Source: Hypanus sabinus
Taxonomy: Eukaryota
Assembly (NCBI RefSeq): GCF_030144855.1
Contig: NC_082716.1
Span: forward strand, 24,056,001-24,120,000
Length of the DNA stretch: 64,000 nt
Direction: 5' to 3'
Part shown: positions 60,480 through 64,000 of the stretch, piece by piece
How the letters are laid out: every line of letters starts with the position of its first letter
Position numbering within the stretch: position 1 is the stretch's first letter
Position numbers and translations under genes: made by a program
The notes under the pieces: model-generated
What the model was told of the DNA's origin: nothing
Databases searched by the model: none
What the model saw: only the letters and a program-made list of their open reading frames with translations

Positions 60480-62147
60480 AAAAGGGGACATTTAGTGCAA
60501 GTTTTCAGTTGAAAAGTAGAAAGGTTATGAGTTAGGAGTAGAAGTAGGATGGATAAAACCCACTCTGACAGAAATATTCAAATATTCTCAGGCCATAGGC
60601 GGTGCCAAATTATTGAAGGACAGTCAATCAGGTGCCTTTATTCAAGAAGCAGTAATGAAAATCTAGTTAATTACAGGCTGGTGAACCTCACACCAATGGT
60701 AGGGAAATTATTTGTATAATTTCTGAGAGAAAAATTAATCTGCACTTGGTTGACAGAGAGTCATGGGTAATAGTCAGCATACCGTTATTAAAGGAAGATC
60801 CTGCCCGACCAATATGAAATTTAGTGAGGGTGACACTGCCAATGCCACCTACGTGGACTTCAATACCTGCGTGTTACAACCATCTGGGAAATGGAAATTC
60901 ACCTTCATGGAATTCATAAATCACGACACAACATTTTGGGATATAGTTTAAATACACTTTCACAGAATTTGCATCCAAATAAGTAAATACATCAAGACAT
61001 AATTCACTATTTTATAGCTGGTGCTTCTTGGCAAAGGTGCAGAGGACTTAGCTGATCATTATGGTCCACTTTCTAGAAATGCAGCCATCCCTCTGTATTA
61101 CAGGCCACGCTTGTAAGGACTTGGACTATGTTCCACATGGGAATTTGAAAATTAAGAGCCCATGGAATCCAGAATAACAGAATAAAAAACTGCATTTGAA
61201 ATTGATGTGGTAAGAGGAAAGAAAAGGGGATGGTTGAGGGGTGTTTTTTGATTTGAAAGTTTTGCCCAGTGTTAAATCTTGAAGATTGGTGTGGAAATCC
61301 TTGTTGCTTGGGGCTTGTGTTTAAGGTAGTATTTGGCTACAGACGAATTTTGATCAATTGGTGTGATGGGCAGAAGGAAGCTAATCCTGAAAATAGGGAG
61401 CTGTTACATTTTGGGAGGATATTAAGGTTAGGATATACCCAGTGAATAATAGGTCCATAATAAGTACTCAGGCACAATAAAGATCTTGGTGCATTTGTCA
61501 AAAGATTCCTAAAGGCAACAGCTCAGGTTGTATATAAGGTGGTACAGGAGACATCCAGAGTATTGCCTTCGTTAGTTGGAATATAGACTAAAAGAGCCAG
61601 GGGGGTCATGGTACAATATTTTAAAGCATTAGCTCAACCACAGCTAGAGTACTGTGTGCAGCTTTAGTCACCAAAACATGGGAAAAAGTTATTTTTCACA
61701 AGGAAAGGAGGCGATGTTGCCTGAAGTGGAGAATTTCAGTCATAAGGAGAGACTGGATAACCTGTTTCTTCTTTCACTTGGATTGAAAAAGAATGAGAGG
61801 AGAAGCTTGACTGAGGTGAATAGAATTATGAAGGGCACAGATAGAGAAGACCATGAGGAACTATTTCCCTTAGCAAAGTTTTCTATAAGGTAAGGAGAAG
61901 GAGATGAAGAGGGTATTTGAAGAAGATATTTTTTCAACCAAATGTGTTTACTCCTTTAAGGAGTAGTGGAGGTAGATATTCTCAGAAAATTTAAAATATA
62001 TATTTTGCCAAACACTAAAACCCCATGGCATAGAAAGCTATTGGCCAAATACTAGAAAACGGGATTAACATAGAAAGGCACTTGTTGGTAGCCACGGCCA
62101 TTATATGTTGAAGGGCTCTTTTTGTGCCATTTGACTAAATGACTCTG
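60480..62147 (+). mobile_element. Old CR1 RT-to-3' end, highly degenerate
   Basis: NYRLVNLT, SQH...KGRSC and QLEYCVQ remnants, and terminal GAAGGGCTCTTTTTGTGCCATTTGACTAAATGACTCT. Confidence 0.7.
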
Positions 62148-62152
62148 AGTAA

Positions 62153-63112
62153 TTGAGAAGACTCTTTTTTACTTTGAAAAACTTTGTTCTTGATAGCCCT
62201 ATCTTACTTAATTTCTTTTTCAAACCCTCTTGGACAGATCAAGCTTTTAACATATGGAAAAGGAAAGGTATAAAATGTTTTCGTGATCTTTTCTTTGAAG
62301 ATACTTTGATGTCATTTGACCAACTTTCCAACAAATTTGAATTACCTAAATCTAATTTTTTCAGATATTTACAAATTAGAAATTTCTTACATAAAGTTTT
62401 ACCATCTTTTCCTAATTCAACTTTAGTGGATTTTACAGATTTGATTTTTACCTTAAACCCTTGTCAGAAGGGATTAGTAGCTTTTATTTATAATATGATC
62501 ATGAAGATACAACCAGAAATATCAGTTAGAATTAAACAAGAATGGGAAAAAGAACTTCGATATAATATATCAACAGATAAATGGGAAAAAATTTTGCAAA
62601 TGGTTAATTCCTCTTCTATATGTGCTAAACATGCTTTAATACAATTTAAAATTGTACATAGAGCTCATATGTCTAAAGATAAACTTGCTCGAATCTATTC
62701 TCATATTAACCCTCAATGTGACAGATGTCATTCAGAAGTGGCCTCATTGACCCATATGTTTTGGTCATGTCCCACTTTACATAACTATTGGAAGGACATA
62801 TTTACTACTATTTCCTCAATTTGGAATATAGATTTACAACCTCATTTTATTACTGCAATTTTTGGCATACCAAATGAAGATGGTAATCAGTTTTCCCCTT
62901 CAATCAGACGAATGATTGCTTTTGTAACATTAATGGCCAGAAGGTCTATATTACAAAATTGGAAAGAAGTTAATCCTCCTACCACGTTTCAGTGGCTTTC
63001 TCAAACTATTTCTTATCTGAGCCTGGAAAAAATTAGAAGCACTATTTTTGACTCATCAATTAAATTTGAAGAAACTTGGAGACCGTTTATTCGACATTTT
63101 CATATGAATTAA
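62153..63112 (+). CDS. L1 ORF2 C-terminal region (uninterrupted 319-codon frame, no genuine start)
   Basis: W...GI...DL, FFRYLQIR, QFKIVHR, the zf-RVT CDRC-x8-HMFWSC motif, ARRSILQNWK and LEKI...F...W.PF. Confidence 0.85.
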   Translation: MRRLFFTLKNFVLDSPILLNFFFKPSWTDQAFNIWKRKGIKCFRDLFFEDTLMSFDQLSNKFELPKSNFFRYLQIRNFLHKVLPSFPNSTLVDFTDLIFTLNPCQKGLVAFIYNMIMKIQPEISVRIKQEWEKELRYNISTDKWEKILQMVNSSSICAKHALIQFKIVHRAHMSKDKLARIYSHINPQCDRCHSEVASLTHMFWSCPTLHNYWKDIFTTISSIWNIDLQPHFITAIFGIPNEDGNQFSPSIRRMIAFVTLMARRSILQNWKEVNPPTTFQWLSQTISYLSLEKIRSTIFDSSIKFEETWRPFIRHFHMN

Positions 63113-63495
63113 TTTGGCCTTTTCCAGACCTTCTTTCTGCTTATTCATGTTCAGGTATGGAGTTCTGGAGTTTTTTTGACACTATCATATACTTGTAAGC
63201 TATTACTATTGCCCATGTTAGTTTAGTTTAGTGTTTTATTTTTCTTAATGTATACTTTTTTCACATATTTTCAAATTTTTTCTTCTTTTAATGGTTATTT
63301 TTGTTTTTTTTCATATATAATCATATGGACTTGATTGATTAAGGTATTTTTTTCTGCTGATGTTTAATAGGATATTGTTATCTTATTATCAATGTGACTT
63401 CAAGTCTATTGTATTCATAATTTACTCATTATTATGTTATGTTTTTTTTATATGTATATATGAAAATCAATAAAAAAATTGAAAAAGAAAAGAAA
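62165..63495 (+). mobile_element. Young 5'-truncated L1-clade LINE with 10-bp TSD
   Basis: Open ORF2 end, T-rich 3' UTR, AATAAA and an A-rich tail. The TSD GAGAAGACTC lies at 62155-62164 and 63496-63505. Confidence 0.92.
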
Positions 63496-63509
63496 GAGAA
63501 GACTCAGCA

Positions 63510-63870
63510 AACAATATGTTGGCCTTTATTGTAATCAAAACTAAGGACCAGAATAGAGATGATAGGCTCCAATTATTTAGAGTGCAAGTGGAACTGTATC
63601 AGCAGTATTGTGCAGGCTTAGTCTCTCTACCTAAGGAAGCAAACACTTGAAATTTGCTTCCTGAGATAAGTTGTGGAGACTCAATCACTCAGTATAGTCA
63701 AGACAGAGATTGATAACTTTTTTATACATGATAGGAATCAAGAGATTCCCATAATCATAGCAGCATATGGGAAAGTGGCGCTGGGAAAAAAAATATCACC
63801 ATGACTTTATCAAATGGCAGAGCATAGATGAGTGTCAAGATGGCCTACTCCTTTTTCTATTTCTTATGCT
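63510..63870 (+). mobile_element. Old CR1 3' fragment
   Basis: Terminal GATGGCCTACTCCTTTTTCTATTTCTTATG and degenerate EYCVQ coding sequence. Confidence 0.6.
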
Positions 63871-64000
63871 TTCAAAAACAATTGGGATCAGAAAATTCTA
63901 TCCACTACGCAATCTTTGAAATATTCATGCACTCAACATGTTCCATGCAGCTATCCATCCAAGCAATTAGACAATAATGCTAAACTCTGGGGCCTTCATA

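Overview
Eukaryotic, non-genic DNA of roughly 40% GC (estimated by eye), almost certainly from a cartilaginous fish and probably a ray. That assignment is inferred from the repeat complement: HE1-type V-SINEs, CR1/HER1-like LINE tails and elasmobranch-type Penelope termini. Well over half the window is nested transposable-element debris. It includes CR1 LINEs (one keeps its 5' UTR tandem array, SGNH-esterase ORF1 and APE/RT), Rex1/Babar LINEs, and Penelope-like elements whose terminal repeats carry minimal hammerhead ribozymes (about 12 loci, two of them fold-back palindromes). It also has RTE 5' UTRs, a bipartite RTE-derived short element, two young 5'-truncated L1 insertions with TSDs, a HERO-clade RLE retrotransposon and a non-autonomous PIF/Harbinger element. 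LTR material comprises a 209-bp solo LTR with a TSD, an LTR plus tRNA-Pro PBS, two copies of another LTR-like family and an orphan retropepsin fragment. No host protein-coding gene could be recognised; there are only a few weak exon candidates. I found no convincing novel protein-coding system. The most interesting signal is at the RNA level: short hammerhead-bearing elements that appear to move on their own and form inverted pairs. Boundaries of old repeats are approximate (about +/-20-50 bp), and family names come from motif recognition, not database searches.
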